In this document: positions 1-13,011 of the stretch, piece after piece
Position numbering within the stretch: position 1 is the first letter of the stretch
Layout of the letters: every line of letters starts with the position of its first letter
NCBI GenBank assembly: GCA_008632985.1
Contig: QPGO01000299.1
Location: 1-64,000, forward strand
Source of the DNA: Psammoneis japonica
Taxonomy: Eukaryota
Direction: 5' to 3'
DNA length: 64,000 bases
Notes under the pieces: model-generated
Seen by the model: only the letters and a program-made list of their open reading frames with translations
Database searches by the model: none
Told to the model about the DNA's origin: nothing
Made by a program: the position numbers and the translations under genes

Positions 1-1
1 T

Positions 2-1273
2 ATTCCTATCACTAGCACTCCCGGACCCCTTCCACATTCAGTGTCGGTGAGTACACATATTAACGTTCCTGCCGAAGCCAATGCCCTTCATTCTAGAAAG
101 AAGGGGATGTCGCTACCTTCTCGCAACAAGTCGTTGTGCTCAGGATGCGGCAAGCCGGCGAACAGCTTTTTAATGGCTATCGACAAGAAGTACCACCCAG
201 AATGCTTCAAATGTATTGGGTGTAATTTAGTCATAGATTCGACCGGGCCCTTTGCCTATATGACCATTGAGGGAGAGAGGCATCCGCTCCACCGAAAATG
301 CTACACAGAACTGTATGGGGTCAAGTGTGCTGTTTGCGGGTGTTCAATTCCTGCAGGACCCGATGGAAAGGTTTCTTTCGTGAAACATCCGTTCTTCGAT
401 ACAGAACAGATGTGCCCCAAGCATGCTTCCGACCCAGGGCGGCGATGTACTGGATGCCATCGTTTCGAGCCTGAAGGACAACCTTTCGCTGATTTGGGAG
501 ACGCAAGTCGTTGTGTCTGCTTCTCTTGTTGTCGAACCGTAGTAGTGGATGGGAACGATGCAAAGCCACTGTGGAGAAAAGTTATTCATTTCTTTGAGAG
601 CAAGTTACAGTTGCCTATATGGAAAGAAATGAGGGAAGTTCCTGTTCTGATTGTCGCGTTTGATGCTTTGAATGACCAGCTGATGAACTCGGGAGGTGTA
701 CATGGAGGTTCCTCTCAGATCATGACTCGCGGCCTGTGCCTTACTGAACACCAAAGCGGGAGGAAGTTCAAACTTTCTCGATTGAAGTTTGATAGGGACA
801 ACCAAAGCTTTGAGGCTTGTGATGTGGAAGAAAAAGGATTCACTTTCTTTCAGGTACCAGACGCGAATAAAGCCAACCCAGATGCGAGTGTCACCGCGAT
901 ACTCTGTCTTTCCGGCCTACCTGGAGATTTGGCAGCTAGTGTTCTTGCACACGAAGCGACACATGCCTGGATTAAGCTTCATCCTTCGTTTAAGATCGGT
1001 TCCCCCATCCCACCTATGGTAGAGGAAGGCGTAGCGCAGCTCGTAGCAATGTTGTTCTTGGCGGATGGGTTAGAACCGGCATCCACTGAAACCTATGGAG
1101 ATAAGGGTCCATCTGATGAGAAGTTGCGGCAGTACTTCAAATTCAGTATCGAAACAGACGACCATGAGATATACGGGGAAGGTTACAGAAGAGCGGCCAA
1201 AGCGTATGCAGATATTGGAATAGAAGCGCTTCTCAGCCATGTTGTTTTGTACAAAGAATTCCCTCTGACTTAA
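2..1273 (+). CDS. DA1/DAR-like protein (LIM zinc-binding domain, LIM-like Cys/His region, C-terminal zinc metallopeptidase); 5' end lies upstream of the window
   Basis: The frame is open from position 2 with no ATG before the LIM region. It has a LIM pattern (CSGC...HPECFKCIGC...HRKC), a DA1-like KHPFF...CPKH...CTGC...CFSC region, TRGLCLTE, and an HExxH motif (LAHEATHAW) followed by EEG. Composition is normal. Confidence 0.85.
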   Translation: MPITSTPGPLPHSVSVSTHINVPAEANALHSRKKGMSLPSRNKSLCSGCGKPANSFLMAIDKKYHPECFKCIGCNLVIDSTGPFAYMTIEGERHPLHRKCYTELYGVKCAVCGCSIPAGPDGKVSFVKHPFFDTEQMCPKHASDPGRRCTGCHRFEPEGQPFADLGDASRCVCFSCCRTVVVDGNDAKPLWRKVIHFFESKLQLPIWKEMREVPVLIVAFDALNDQLMNSGGVHGGSSQIMTRGLCLTEHQSGRKFKLSRLKFDRDNQSFEACDVEEKGFTFFQVPDANKANPDASVTAILCLSGLPGDLAASVLAHEATHAWIKLHPSFKIGSPIPPMVEEGVAQLVAMLFLADGLEPASTETYGDKGPSDEKLRQYFKFSIETDDHEIYGEGYRRAAKAYADIGIEALLSHVVLYKEFPLT

Positions 1274-1462
1274 AAAACACGCATGAGCTGATCGAATGCG
1301 CTTCAAACTATTAAGCTTTGTGATTCAAGCATCCGGCGGTGTTAAAATAATCAATCGTCACTTTAAAATACTTGCATTCCTCAATATGTAACGACACCTG
1401 CAGAGCGTAACCTGCGCTCGTCAAAAGACGATCACTTCACTCTGTTGTACTTTTCTAAGACC

Positions 1463-3183
1463 TCACATTTGCATAGGTTCTGGTCGATTCTCTGCATCAA
1501 AATTCATGTTCGACGAAGTAACACCTCGCGTTCCCTCCTTGGCTTTTTGCAACTGCTCAGGATCCAGATTTGCCGCTAGCCATGGATGTGTCAACGCCTG
1601 CTCTGCAGTATAACGATACTCGGTGTTATAAGAGAGAAGAGTGGAGACAAATGCCATGGCTTCATCTGATACATCTCGAAAAAGTTCGTGGGGGAATGTA
1701 TACTCCCCCTGAACAATTGATGCCTTGATAGCTTCATCATTCTTTCCGTAGAACGGAGGCGCCCCACTCAAAAGCATGTATACGATAACCCCGAGACTCC
1801 ATAAGTCACAGGCTTCAGTATATGACTTCTTCAAAACCTCTGGAGCTACATAGTATGACGATCCCACAACTCTACTTAGTCGAGTTCCTGGTGTGAAATG
1901 GGTAGACAAGCCGAAATCTATGAGCTTCAGCGGGCTCCATACGTCTTTTCCGGATTCAAGAACCCAGTTCTCGAGCTTGAGATCCCGGTGGCAGATGTGG
2001 CGAGAGTGAAGGAAAGCTACAGCTGATAGCATTTCTGCAACAGTTTTCGCTACGAACAGAACTAGTGTCGTCAGAAGACAGGGTGACAACGCATTCACAT
2101 TCGTTCGCGCAAAGGATTCAACTCACCGGCATACGCTTCCGTTACTCCGTGCTTTGGGTGAGTAGTCAATAAATGAAACAAATCTCCGCCTCTCCCAAGC
2201 TCAGTTATTATGAACAACTCGTTATCGACACAAAAGACATCAAAAAGACGAATCACATTATCGTGTCCGCGCAGCTCACGCAACACGTTGACTTCCTCTT
2301 GCAGTTTCCCTATGTACTTTGGGTCATTTCGAAGCATGACGCATTTGCATGCGAACTTCTTACGCTTGCCAGAGCGACCGGATGACGAGTGGCCTTCGGC
2401 TTCTCCGCGAGAAGCAATGCAAACCTGACCGTATGATCCTTTTCCGATAACTAAATCACGGTGGAGAAGGTACGCCGGTCGACGATGTGGAGTCGGAGGT
2501 TCCTGAGACGAATCTCCTGTGACATCGGGAGATGGGTAGTTTCCAGTGCCACAGTCTGGTACATTGCTATTCGTAGAGAGCGTGGACTTTTGATTGTTTC
2601 CGAACCGCGGTGCTGGAGCCTGGGGAGGAGGAAAATGCTGCGAAGCGTCACCGTCGGGAACCTGTGGGAAGGCGGTATATTGGAGAGGTGACCCGTTCTT
2701 GTATCGCTGATTAGCTGGCTGAGAACGACTCGAAGCTGACCGGGAAGGAGGTCTTGTCACCCGACTACGAGAGTTGGCATTACAATCAGATCCCGGTTCC
2801 CCGTTGGACAAAGGCCTTGACCGAGCTACCCGTGTCATCCGGCCGGTGGCCTGTTCATATCCTTTGGTGGAAGCAGAAGGCGTGCTAGATCCAGGAGAAT
2901 GCTGATAGCGTGTCTGGTGAGACATCTTACCACGCCTATCATCGTGGCGAGATAAATCGTTTCCTACGGCCACATTCTGCGCGGCAGCGTCATAGCCAAC
3001 CATTGGCTGCGAAGTCGGTGGAGCCGAAGTTTCAAGTGCAGCGGCTGCCGTCCCCGGTGCCATCTCGGTTGTGCGAGATTGTGAACGAATGCGGCCGTCT
3101 TCCAAATTGGCGTTGCCGCTGTTGTTGTCTTCGTTGTCAATGGTTTGCTGGCCAAATCCACCACGACGCAGCCACTTGCTCAT
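1463..3183 (-). CDS. CAMK-group (CDPK-like, no EF hands) Ser/Thr protein kinase; exons 3183-2127 and 2049-1463; about 547 aa with a long low-complexity N-terminus
   Basis: Kinase motifs IGKGSYGQV, FACK, HRDLKLEN, DFG, YYVAPE and DLWSLG are present. A 77-nt intron at 2126-2050 (GTGAGT...TTCGTAG) joins EAYA-A-KTVAEM in frame. The ATG at 3183 (MSKWLRR) is the inferred start. Confidence 0.9.
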
Positions 3184-3487
3184 TGTGGTCTCTATCGTAG
3201 CCGACTGAAGCAGGCAACGGGCAACGGCTGAAGCGCTCTTTACACGCCCGAAACAATAAGTACACATAGGTATTGTTATTATACGGTGTTTAGGTTTATA
3301 TATGATTACGGTGAATAGTTCGTCAATAATCAAATATTCACCAATGCCACCGAAACCTCCTTTTCCCCTGATACATGATTCTGACAAAATAATTGAACAT
3401 ATTAAGTTATTAATTTCTTTAATAATAAAAAGCTATTCAAGGCCTAATAATAAGTTATTCCTTACCACATGCACTCACACCATTTCT

Positions 3488-3532
3488 GTTCGGTACCGGT
3501 ATGACTGTACAGTACAGTGCAATACGTACATG
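3488..3532. promoter_or_regulatory. GTAC-rich tract upstream of the kinase, at the gene/repeat boundary
   Basis: Four GTAC motifs in about 45 bp (cggtaccggtatgactgtacagtacagtgcaatacgtaca). A regulatory role is inferred only from position. Confidence 0.3.
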
Positions 3533-5899
3533 AGACGGTCAGCAGCTCGCGAAAACTGTGAATTTTTGCATGCATGCGCCGCCAGCATGGGCTGTCACTT
3601 GCTTTCAGCAGTCAGGTGCCCCTGCTAGACTATGACAATCCCAAACAGCCACAATCACAACCCCTCAATGTGCTGGCCACAACCCACATTGGGTTGGGGC
3701 AGTTGGCTCCACATTGCAAAACACATTGGTTCCAGCATGTGTTCTCCTGCCACTCAAACCCAAGTGATTGCTTCTTCAGCATGATGGCTCCCTCTCTCAA
3801 CACAGAGTGCAAACCTGTGCTTCATTTGTGCGTGCTTGTTTGCATGTGAAGTTTCCTGCCTTATTTTTTCTGCTTGTGTGCACAATCTTGTCACCTGGTG
3901 CAACCAACATTGGCAGCAACAACAAAAGCACACCAGCTCTGTCACACACTGCCAACTGCAAAGAGGCCTTTTTGCTCAAAAGCTCCAGGTTGTGACGGAA
4001 CACTGTTTGCTCATGCACCACACAAAAGTCACAATGCACATTTCTGCATGTTCTTTTTTGCAATGAATTTTCATGTGCCCCACTGTTTTGAGAAACCCAC
4101 AGATTTTCATTTTGGCCATTCTTTCTGAAAACAAAATTTGGTGGTTGCATTTTTTCACATGTGAAAGATGCAGCTGACTGAGCACACACTAGAAATGACA
4201 CACTTCAAGCATTTGTGCTCAAGTCAATCACAACATTTCCTCTTTTTTGTTGGCTGTTGTTGGTTGTTTGACAGTTTTGTTGCAGAGCTTGCAGGCAAAA
4301 TTCTGTGGGGGGCAATGTCACGTACATGCCAATGTCCCATCTGTGGCTGAAAGGCACGGGCCAGCACCCAGTGCCAAAGTGACAATGTTCCACTGACAGT
4401 CAAATTGCATTGCTCTTGGTTGAGAGTCATTTCAGGTTGAGAACCCATGCATCATGCATCTGCAGGAAAACACACTGTTGCTCTCTCTTTTTCCACTCCT
4501 GGAGCGACGGATCGTCACAAGAACACTTGTGGCTTGCCCCACCTCCTGGCAAACAGTGCACATGTGACAAAGAGAGCAAGTCTGCAGGCAGCCCAATCTG
4601 TGCCTCATTGGGTCATGTCCAATCCATTGACACTGCCAGCTCCCCTCAAAGAACAACTGTTTGCAGCTTTGAGGTGCTCATTTCATGCAAAAATGCTCTC
4701 CAACAAGTTGAGTTTACACCTCAGCAACTGGGCCCAAAGAAAAGGGTCCACATGTAGAAGGAAAATGCAAGCACAGGCAATGCCCAAGAACTTGAGAAAA
4801 CTGACAACACTCTGACAGCCTTGTGTGCCATGGCACAGAGAGACAGTTTTGACCCAGGCAAGAGTGCAAACTCAACAAGTTGTTTCAAAAAGCCTCTCCA
4901 GTGTCAATGTCAATGACCCCAACAACTCAAGCTCTGTGGGACACTTGTGATCTGGCTGTGTCCATCTCAACTGTGCAGCTTAATTGCTGCATGAGAAAAA
5001 CACATGCAATGTTTGACAGCCACTGACACAAAAGTTGTGAAGGCAAGCAACGGACAAGTGGTGCAAAACAATTTTTTGAGCATCCCCGGATGGAACCTGG
5101 GCAAACAACAGCATTTTCATGTTTTTCCCACACAACTGAAAAACCAACACTGTGTTCTCAAACCACTCATAAAAAGCAAACAAAACTCACCCAGCCCATG
5201 AGCCAGTCCAAAGTGGCCACCCCTTGCTCTTGTTTCATTTAATTGCTGCCACAATCAAAAATCCAAAGATCACTGATTTTGACAGGGAAGATGTGAACAA
5301 AGCAGTTGTTGTTTTCATCTGCAGTGGCCACATTTGAGGCTTGAGAGCTTGAGAAATAGAGCACCTTGTGTTCGTCCAACTTGAGAAAAAGAGCTGCAAG
5401 GTGAGAAGACACCAGCAAGACACCACAAAGATCTCAAACTTGTTGCACAACTCTGCTTCCCATCAGAGCGCCATGATCATCCCTTGGAAGCAGTTTGCTG
5501 TTTTGGTGCTCAACAGTTTGCCATTTTGGTGCTCAACTCTGCTGGCAAATTGTCCAGCTCCGGCATGTGTCCCATGCTCAGAGGTGCAGACACCTTTGTC
5601 AAAAGAGACACCCTCCAGTCCTCTTGAGTGAAATGCCTTGAAAGAAGAATCAACCAATGACAAGTCTCACAGAGCTTGTTCTTGCCATTGCCATCATTGC
5701 TCCTTTGTCAGCATTGCCACGAGGCAAAGATGATGTGAGCTCTGCTGTCTAACCTCTTTGGGAGCATCGCCACATGAAAATGCCATCCCACCTGGCCATT
5801 CTTTTCCATCATCAGCCATGACTCTTCCATGTGTGCACCCTTTCGTCACAAGTTTGGCTTCAACGGATTTCTCATGGCTGCTGAGAGCAATGTGTTGTC

Positions 5900-8146
5900 A
5901 GTGTTTGGGTTGACCAACCAAATGCATTTTGAAGGGAAGCCTTGTGTCATCATTGATGTGTCAATGTTGTCCAGATCCATCAAAGATGACACCCATGGAA
6001 CCCAACTTTTGCCAGCAGATGTGTCTTGTGCATCTGCAACCATCTCTCCTTTCTCAAGTGATGAGCCCACAACATTGAGTCTAAAGCAGACAACAACTTT
6101 TGTTGTGGCATTGTTGACAATTTGTTCGCAGTTCCCCAATTTGGAGACAAAGAGCACAATGATCCCTCTGGGCACTTTCCATTGCAGCCTTCAATGAGGA
6201 GCTCACATTGGCTCCACACCAAATGAGGAAGTTCCTTGGGAGTGCATCAAAAGCAGCTGACAAACTGCAAGAGAACTTTTGACATTGATGAAAAAGCAGT
6301 GTGTGCTGGTGTGCTTGCATCAGGAAATTGCAAACTTCTCTCAGAGCAAGCATCAGAGTACAATGACAACTTTCACTCCATTCCTGCCTGTTTGCACCAT
6401 TGCATCACAAATGAAGAAGAAACATTGCTTTGCCACATGCCCTCCTGGTGCCCAAGTTTAGATGGAGATGGTGCTCCAAGAGCACGGGCATCTGGTCTTT
6501 GGAAACTGATCCCAGTCCTTGGATTTGTGGTAAAACCAAACCTTCTTTGTGTCCCATCACAATGCCATGGTCATTCCCCCAAGTGTTTGTGCTGGCTCCA
6601 AGAGAGGCCACTTTGGCCTCTTCTCACTTTTGCAGCTTTGTTGATGCAGGAACACCCAGATCAGCATGACTGGACCAAGTGAAGCTGTCAAAGTAAAAAT
6701 TTTTTCTCCTGCCCACCACACCCTTTTCTTTTTTGTGTTTTGGGGCAGGTGCTCACACATCTCTTGGGAACCAAGGGAGCTGCTGAGGATGTGAGCAAGG
6801 AAAGCTGATTGGATGTTGTGCCTGGAGATCATTGAGAGGACTAGTGGAAATGCCCTCTCCACATGGGGATTTATTTTTACAACAAGCTTCCGCCACAATG
6901 GGCAATGCCATGGTGTTTCTTTGTTGCTGAGCCCAGAAAGCTTGGATGACCCCCCAGGTTGACTCCAGGGTCATGCCTTTGAGCCCTCACTGCTGTTCAA
7001 GCAGCAAGACCCTGTGGAGGGTGTGGCAAATTTTTTTGCTCACCCCCCCAGTGTGACTTGCATGCATCTGCCAACAAGTGCATTGAGTTGTGAGACTCTT
7101 AGTTGCATTTTTAGCTTGTTTGGTTTCCCAATGCTCTCTCAGTGGTTTGGTTGTTGTTTGGGATCAAGTTCAAGCCTGGTGTTCATGCACATCAGCAAAT
7201 TGGATCCACCTCCTGAGATCCAATCTGTCACTTGCAAATTGCTGCAGGTTTGCTGCAGGTTTTCCCTCCTCCTGCATGAGGCATGAAAACTTTTGCAAAA
7301 CCCACACTTCCGGCATCAAGTGATGTTCAAATACAAAGCTGAGCATTGTTTGGAAAACACCCATGGCCAAGAGTGTGATCTGCCAAATGGTCATGAAGAG
7401 GGTGGAGAACAGCCCCAGACAAGCTGCAGCATGATCTGGAAGAGAAGCTTCTGAAGGATTCAACTTCATAACTCCAAAACAACAGCTTTGGACAACTCCG
7501 CTTTCTGTGACAAGTTTGGCCAGTTGTCAGCCTGACCAGTGCTTTGCACTGGCACAGGTGACATGAAAGACAAACTTTGCCATGAGAAAGAAAGTTGGTT
7601 TGTGGAATGATGCCACCTCATCTTAGGGTTTGGCATGCCAGCTCAGAAGACAGCCACTGTTCTTGCTCTGACAACTCATTTGGCTGCTCCTCTGACAAGA
7701 AAGAAGCAACTCCTTGGGCCATCCAAAAGCATTGGTTTTAACATGGTGTCAAAAAATTTTGACAATGCTGTGAGTTCAAAAGAAAATTCAATGTGGTGGC
7801 ACAAGCTTTGCACAAACAAAGCAAAACAACCAAATCTAAATTTTGAGCACCATTGCTCCATTGACCCACACTTTAAGCACACCAGCAAGTGTGGCAGAAA
7901 CTTGCAAGGATTGGCCAAGGTTGGCACCACCTTGTGACAATGCCTGCCTGAGGAGGCAACAGGGAACAGTGAGACAACACATTGCAGGGTTTGGAGCAGC
8001 AGCTGCCTGTCATGCCACAATGGCCAAGGACAGTTGCACTTAGAAATTGGTTCAAGAGCAGCAACATGGCCACCAGGAGTGGAAAGATCACCACACAGAG
8101 CAGAGAGCTTGACAAGCTGGCAAGCAAGGAAGGGTTGTCTCCAAGA
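5900..8146 (+). mobile_element. Highly decayed retroelement remnant, possibly DIRS/Ngaro-like; continues after the nested insertion at about 13447-13900
   Basis: Only fragmentary motifs remain (FxQFP, LGFVV, DGDG, VPG...ALS, W-x-QKNFDN). The sequence at 13450-13875 is similar to the minus strand of 34840-34990, so it is a repeat family. Confidence 0.3.
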
Positions 8147-8598
8147 CTGCGTCTGGTGGGGCAACAATCTGAGATGCAAGCCAGCATGGCAAAATTTCCG
8201 TTGCTGCAGAAAGTCGGATTTGTCCTACATTGTTAATTGCCTGATGCTAACACTGCATGCCGGCGTGCAGACAACTGATGTTGTGTGTTAAACCAAGCTA
8301 TAATCTCACACGCTCATGCCTGAGTTGATTCATGCAACACATCACCTGCCACGTGTCGTTAACACCACGTGGTTCGTCCCACTCATTTTCATCTCACCTG
8401 TTTTTACAACACGAACAATGGCGCCCCCCTTTGCCATTGGAAATGATTGTCCCATGTGCGGCAAACGGCAAACGTTTTCTCCCAACTGGTCTTCAACACC
8501 ACCTGAGAACTTATCTTCCCTGCAAACTGTCCTTTTCTCAAAGCCTTCGTGACGTTTCTTCCCGTCAATCTGACGCCGCTCATGGTGAACATCCCCAA

Positions 8599-9906
8599 AT
8601 GAGAGAATCAGATGAACAAGTGGATGTTTCTGCCTCTTCTACCCTCGGCTCTCCTCCATTCGAATTTATCTCCGCAGGGCCTGACTCCAACGAATGGCAA
8701 AATCCACAAGGTTACACCCGACACAATCCCCGCCCGTTGCACTCCAATCGTGCACCTTCATCTGTGCCAGAGCTGTGTGGTTCCCACAACAATTCTGTTT
8801 TTCCCCACACCGATGATGTTTCAGACTGCCAGTTTCCAGACCCTGAAGAATTTGTTTCCGACACCGAGGGTTCTACCACCAATGTTGCAGATTCTGGCCC
8901 TTTTTCCACAGCACTCGATCAAGTTGGACACCTCTCCGCGGATGAGGACCTTGTTGTGCCCAAAGTGCACAACTGCAAAATGACATCCATGGTCCGCATG
9001 TTGAATTTGTGTTGCTCCAAGGGTGTCCCAATCAGTGCAACAGATGAACTGCTGAGAACTGTGCAGGAGGAATTCTCCAGTGGTGGGTTGTCCATCACCC
9101 AACAAATTCCCTCTTCTAGAACTTTCATGTCCAAGCTCAAGTTGATGTTGCCCAGCATTGTGGTCCCGGTGTTGCAGTGCGTTCCTCTCAAGTCTGTGTC
9201 CATTGTCAACCAATTCAAGAACGACCTGCCTCAGGAGCTCTCTCCCGGCATCCCTGTGTACGACTTTTCACTCCAACTGCAGGATCTGTTTGACGATCCC
9301 CTTTTTGCCGATCTTTCAAATTTTGATGTTTCTCCTGATTCACGTTGGTCTCAGGTGCTCTCCAGTGAACCCATGTTGGACAAGAATGGTGACTGGAAAC
9401 TTTGTGACAATGCTGAAATGAAGGACGGTGAAACTTGCAGTGACTGTTTTCGTGGCAGCAATCATCCCGCCGTTCCCGGTTCCTTTCATGTGTTTGTTTT
9501 GCATTGCACTGACAAAACTGGGAAAGGACAGGTCGCACCTCATTCGATGGAGCCATTTGTTTTCTCTACAACTCTCATCAAGTTATGTGCCCGCCGTCGT
9601 TTTGAAGCATGGCGTCCTCTCGGATTCGTTCCGAAACACACAGGTTGCAAAACAAAGAATCCCATTTTCAGGCTGAATGTCAGAAATTACCGTGCACATG
9701 TTGCCGAGAACATTTGTTGCTTCAGTGATCAAGTCCCATTGGAATGGGTGGTGGACGATAAATGTGGTGACAGTTGGAACACAACAACGACATGGCAGGA
9801 GAAAATGGATGTTTGTCACAGAGTGGGTTGTAACCCAGCGGAAGAAAACAGCGACACAGTTGCAAAGAGGTTGTGTGACATTGTGAACACATGCGCTGCA
9901 GTGTGA
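8599..9906 (+). pseudogene. Plavaka-like transposase, N-terminal part only, mutated
   Basis: Motifs PVYDFSLQLQDLFDDP, VLHCTDKTG (read as xxYxDKTG), SMEPFVFS and AWRPLGFVP are recalled as typical of Plavaka-type transposases. Recognisable similarity stops near 9720. The 524-codon ORF has only 4 Tyr. Confidence 0.65.
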
Positions 9907-11639
9907 AGAGCATCACCTGGGACTACAACAAAACACAAAAGAATTGTCCTCAGCAATGAAAATTGAATTGTACACAATCTCTGGCTTATTTTGGTGACAG
10001 TGTGGAAAATTGAACAAAAAATCAACCCTTTTTTGACGACAGTGTGTCGATTTATATCCCAATTATGTGAAATCAAATCAACAAGGTGAAAGATGAACAT
10101 TAAAATTTTGCACTCACTTTCAGCGACACATGACAAACAAATGGTGCGATTAGAATCCCCGGTGTGTGGCCCCACAAAAAAAAAAATTTCGATGCCGGTG
10201 ACTGTGCAGAATCGAAATGGCACTGCAGCTGCCACCCATCACAATCCATCAACAGAGAATCGGTGCTTTGATCGAACATGCTGTGTTCCAATTGCCAACA
10301 GCATGACACACTGGGTGGCCTGAGATGCCTTGCATTGACCAAAGGCATCCTGGAATGTGTGTTTTCTTACATGAGCTACAGGATGATGTTGAGGGTGCAA
10401 TTTGTTAACCAACTGTTGTTGCCACACGTGCTCAATGCTTTGAGAGAAGCAGTAAAGTGAGACAATGCATTGAGAATGTGGAGGCGCGACTTTGGCGATC
10501 CCAGGTGCACTTTAATGTGGAAACACTGGGTGGACAGGCCACTGCGTGAATTGTGAAGAGAGCACATTGAGAGAGAATTTCGGATGATGAGTTTGCATGA
10601 AAAACTGGATAAAAACAGAACTTGTGTCGACTGCAGAGCTTTCAATTATTGTGTCTCGGTGGGACACATGGATGGTGACATGCACCGCAGGTACAGCTTG
10701 CAACCATTTATGAAAGGGTGGATAAAAAAGGAAAAGATCCATTGCGACACGTGCATGGACAAAGTGACGTTGACGATGGATTTGGTGGACTTGGAATTGG
10801 AGACACCGGTGCACGTTTCGCAGCAGCTGCCTTGCGCCATTGTGTTGGCTTGCCACAAAGGAGACAAAGAATGCCACTGCCCAAATGTCATGTGTGCTCT
10901 GCTGCCTGTCAGAGATGGTGAGGTGAGAGTAAGAGGAGAAACCAGTGTGGATGTGATTCATCTGGATGAACACAACAATGGTGACAGAGCCCCCTGGCCT
11001 TTCGCAGAGGGACATTGCCCCCCACTGGTGAGCGGAGACACAGCAGTGTACGACAAAGCACTCTTGGGATTGAGGGTGTTCTGCACTGGAGTGCACACAG
11101 CCAGACATGGTCACAACGGTGGATTGTACGAAGTTGTGGAGCACTTGTACGAAACGCACAAGACGGCGAGAGAAGAAGCGGGAGTCAATGAGGAAAACTG
11201 AAGGGTGACAGCAAGGCTGGGGCGATGAGTGAGGGCAAAGAGATGAGCCTAATTGCCTGGGCCTAGATGGCATAAAATCGAACTGGTGCATGCCAAATCA
11301 AGGACATTTTTAATGGAACAGCAAGTTACAAACAATGTCAAAACGGTGCTCTGTTCGTTGTGGGCAAGAAGCTCAGGGCGGCTAAGAGCATGGTGACCCA
11401 GATGGCATGGCGATGTGTCGCATGGCAGATAAAAACGCAAAAAGAAGTGTTCGGACTACAGCCCTTGCTTCTATGAAAATCTGGCCAAAAAAATAAAATC
11501 AGCTGGCAATTTGAAAATTGTGGCACACAACAGTGGGGAGTGCCAATGTTCTTCGCGCGGATCATGAAATGCACAGTGAACGGATGATGCAAGGCTGACA
11601 ATGACAAAACATGCCATTCAAAAGGAATGTAAAATTCAT

Positions 11640-13011
11640 CAATTGATGTTTGACAATGAGTGCTTTGAAAATTTTGGCATGCAATAAAAGGGAGTTTTTA
11701 AAAAGGGCCAACGGGTGTGCTGGCGGGCGCACCAAGGACTGGGTTCGGTCCAGAGGGAACAATTTCGTTGACACAACACGTGGGAACAGGTTGGCAACAT
11801 GTCGGTACAAAATGATTCATCAGGTGCGTATGTTGCGGTGACAATGCACAAACGGGTTAGCCCACTCACGCTGCTTGTGTGTCCTTCATCATGGTTGGCA
11901 CCCATGACACAACAGATGCAGGATCCCACAATGTCAAGATTGCGGGAATGTCAGTGCCAGCTTGGAGGCGGCAAAGAAAAAGTTTATGGACGGCCAGACA
12001 ACCGACTGCATTACGACAGCAGTGTGCCCCAAGACAAAGTTCGTGATGCACGACAAGATTGAGTTGGCATTCGGGAGCAAAATGCAGAAAAAGGTTTGCA
12101 AACACCTCAACGTGGACGCGGGTGACTGTGCAGTTTGGTGGGAAGAGAACAAGGAAAAGGTGAGGAAAAGACTGAACAGAAGAAGAAACAACAGACAGGA
12201 GGCATTTAGAAAGAAGATGGTTGGCAAGTAAAATTTGGGTGGCAGGTGGATGAGATGGAGCAGTGTTCTCACCCATTGATTCTTGCTCGGAAACGGCTAA
12301 GTACGAGGGACTAGAAACTGTCAAAGACATCGAAAAGGGCAGGGCATCACCTGACACTCACTTCTGGTTCTTGGAGAATTGCTGCTCCCTTGCAGCAGGA
12401 ATGGAACACTTTAAAACAACAGACAACCAAGGTGTCAGCGATTGGCCAACAACAAGTGCGGAAGCTTTTGCCAGGCTCATGTGTGACAACTGCCACAACA
12501 CGGCCTTGTCAGTGGCAGAGATCGAAGAGCAATTCGAAGCCAACGGAGGGGCGCAGCCACTGACCCAACCCGTGGCCCCCAAGTGCATTTTCATGGGGAA
12601 AGGCGCAAAACGAAATCTCAAGGATGGAACCAGGATGGGATCGACAAGTACAACAAACTCTACGATGCTGTGGCAAAGGAGAGAACGGATTGCGGCAGAG
12701 TCGATGCACAGCACCTGCAGACAAAGAAATTGGAGAGCACTCGTGGCAAGAAAAGAAAGAAGAAAAAGAAGGACAGCATGAGGGGATGGGCTGCTCCGAA
12801 AACTGATTGGAGCGACAGCGAGGAGGAGGCCACTGAAAGGAACGACGAGCAAGGGAGCGAAGAGGAAGAGGAAGAGACTCCAGGAGCAGCAGCAACCGAC
12901 AGCAGCACTTCGACACAAATGGGTTCTCGACAAAGAGGAGTGAACAACAACACACAAAAGCGACTGAGGGTGCAACAAGGACGCGTGCGGAACGGCAGCG
13001 GCGTTTGCTAG
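11640..13011 (+). pseudogene. Accessory ORF of the Plavaka-like element (frameshifted, probably one intron)
   Basis: Fragments ...LNRRRNNRQEAFRKKM, PTTSAEAFARLMCDN and GWNQDGIDKYNKLYDAVAKER, followed by a K/E-rich tail. It is homologous to 51540-52750 in the second TIR element. Confidence 0.55.

Noticed and set aside
3184..3387. N-terminal extension of the kinase shown in the ORF track (MSESCIRG...)
   Set aside because: It begins at a non-ATG codon in AT-rich upstream DNA. The ATG at 3183 is preferred, although an in-frame ATG near 3267 cannot be excluded.
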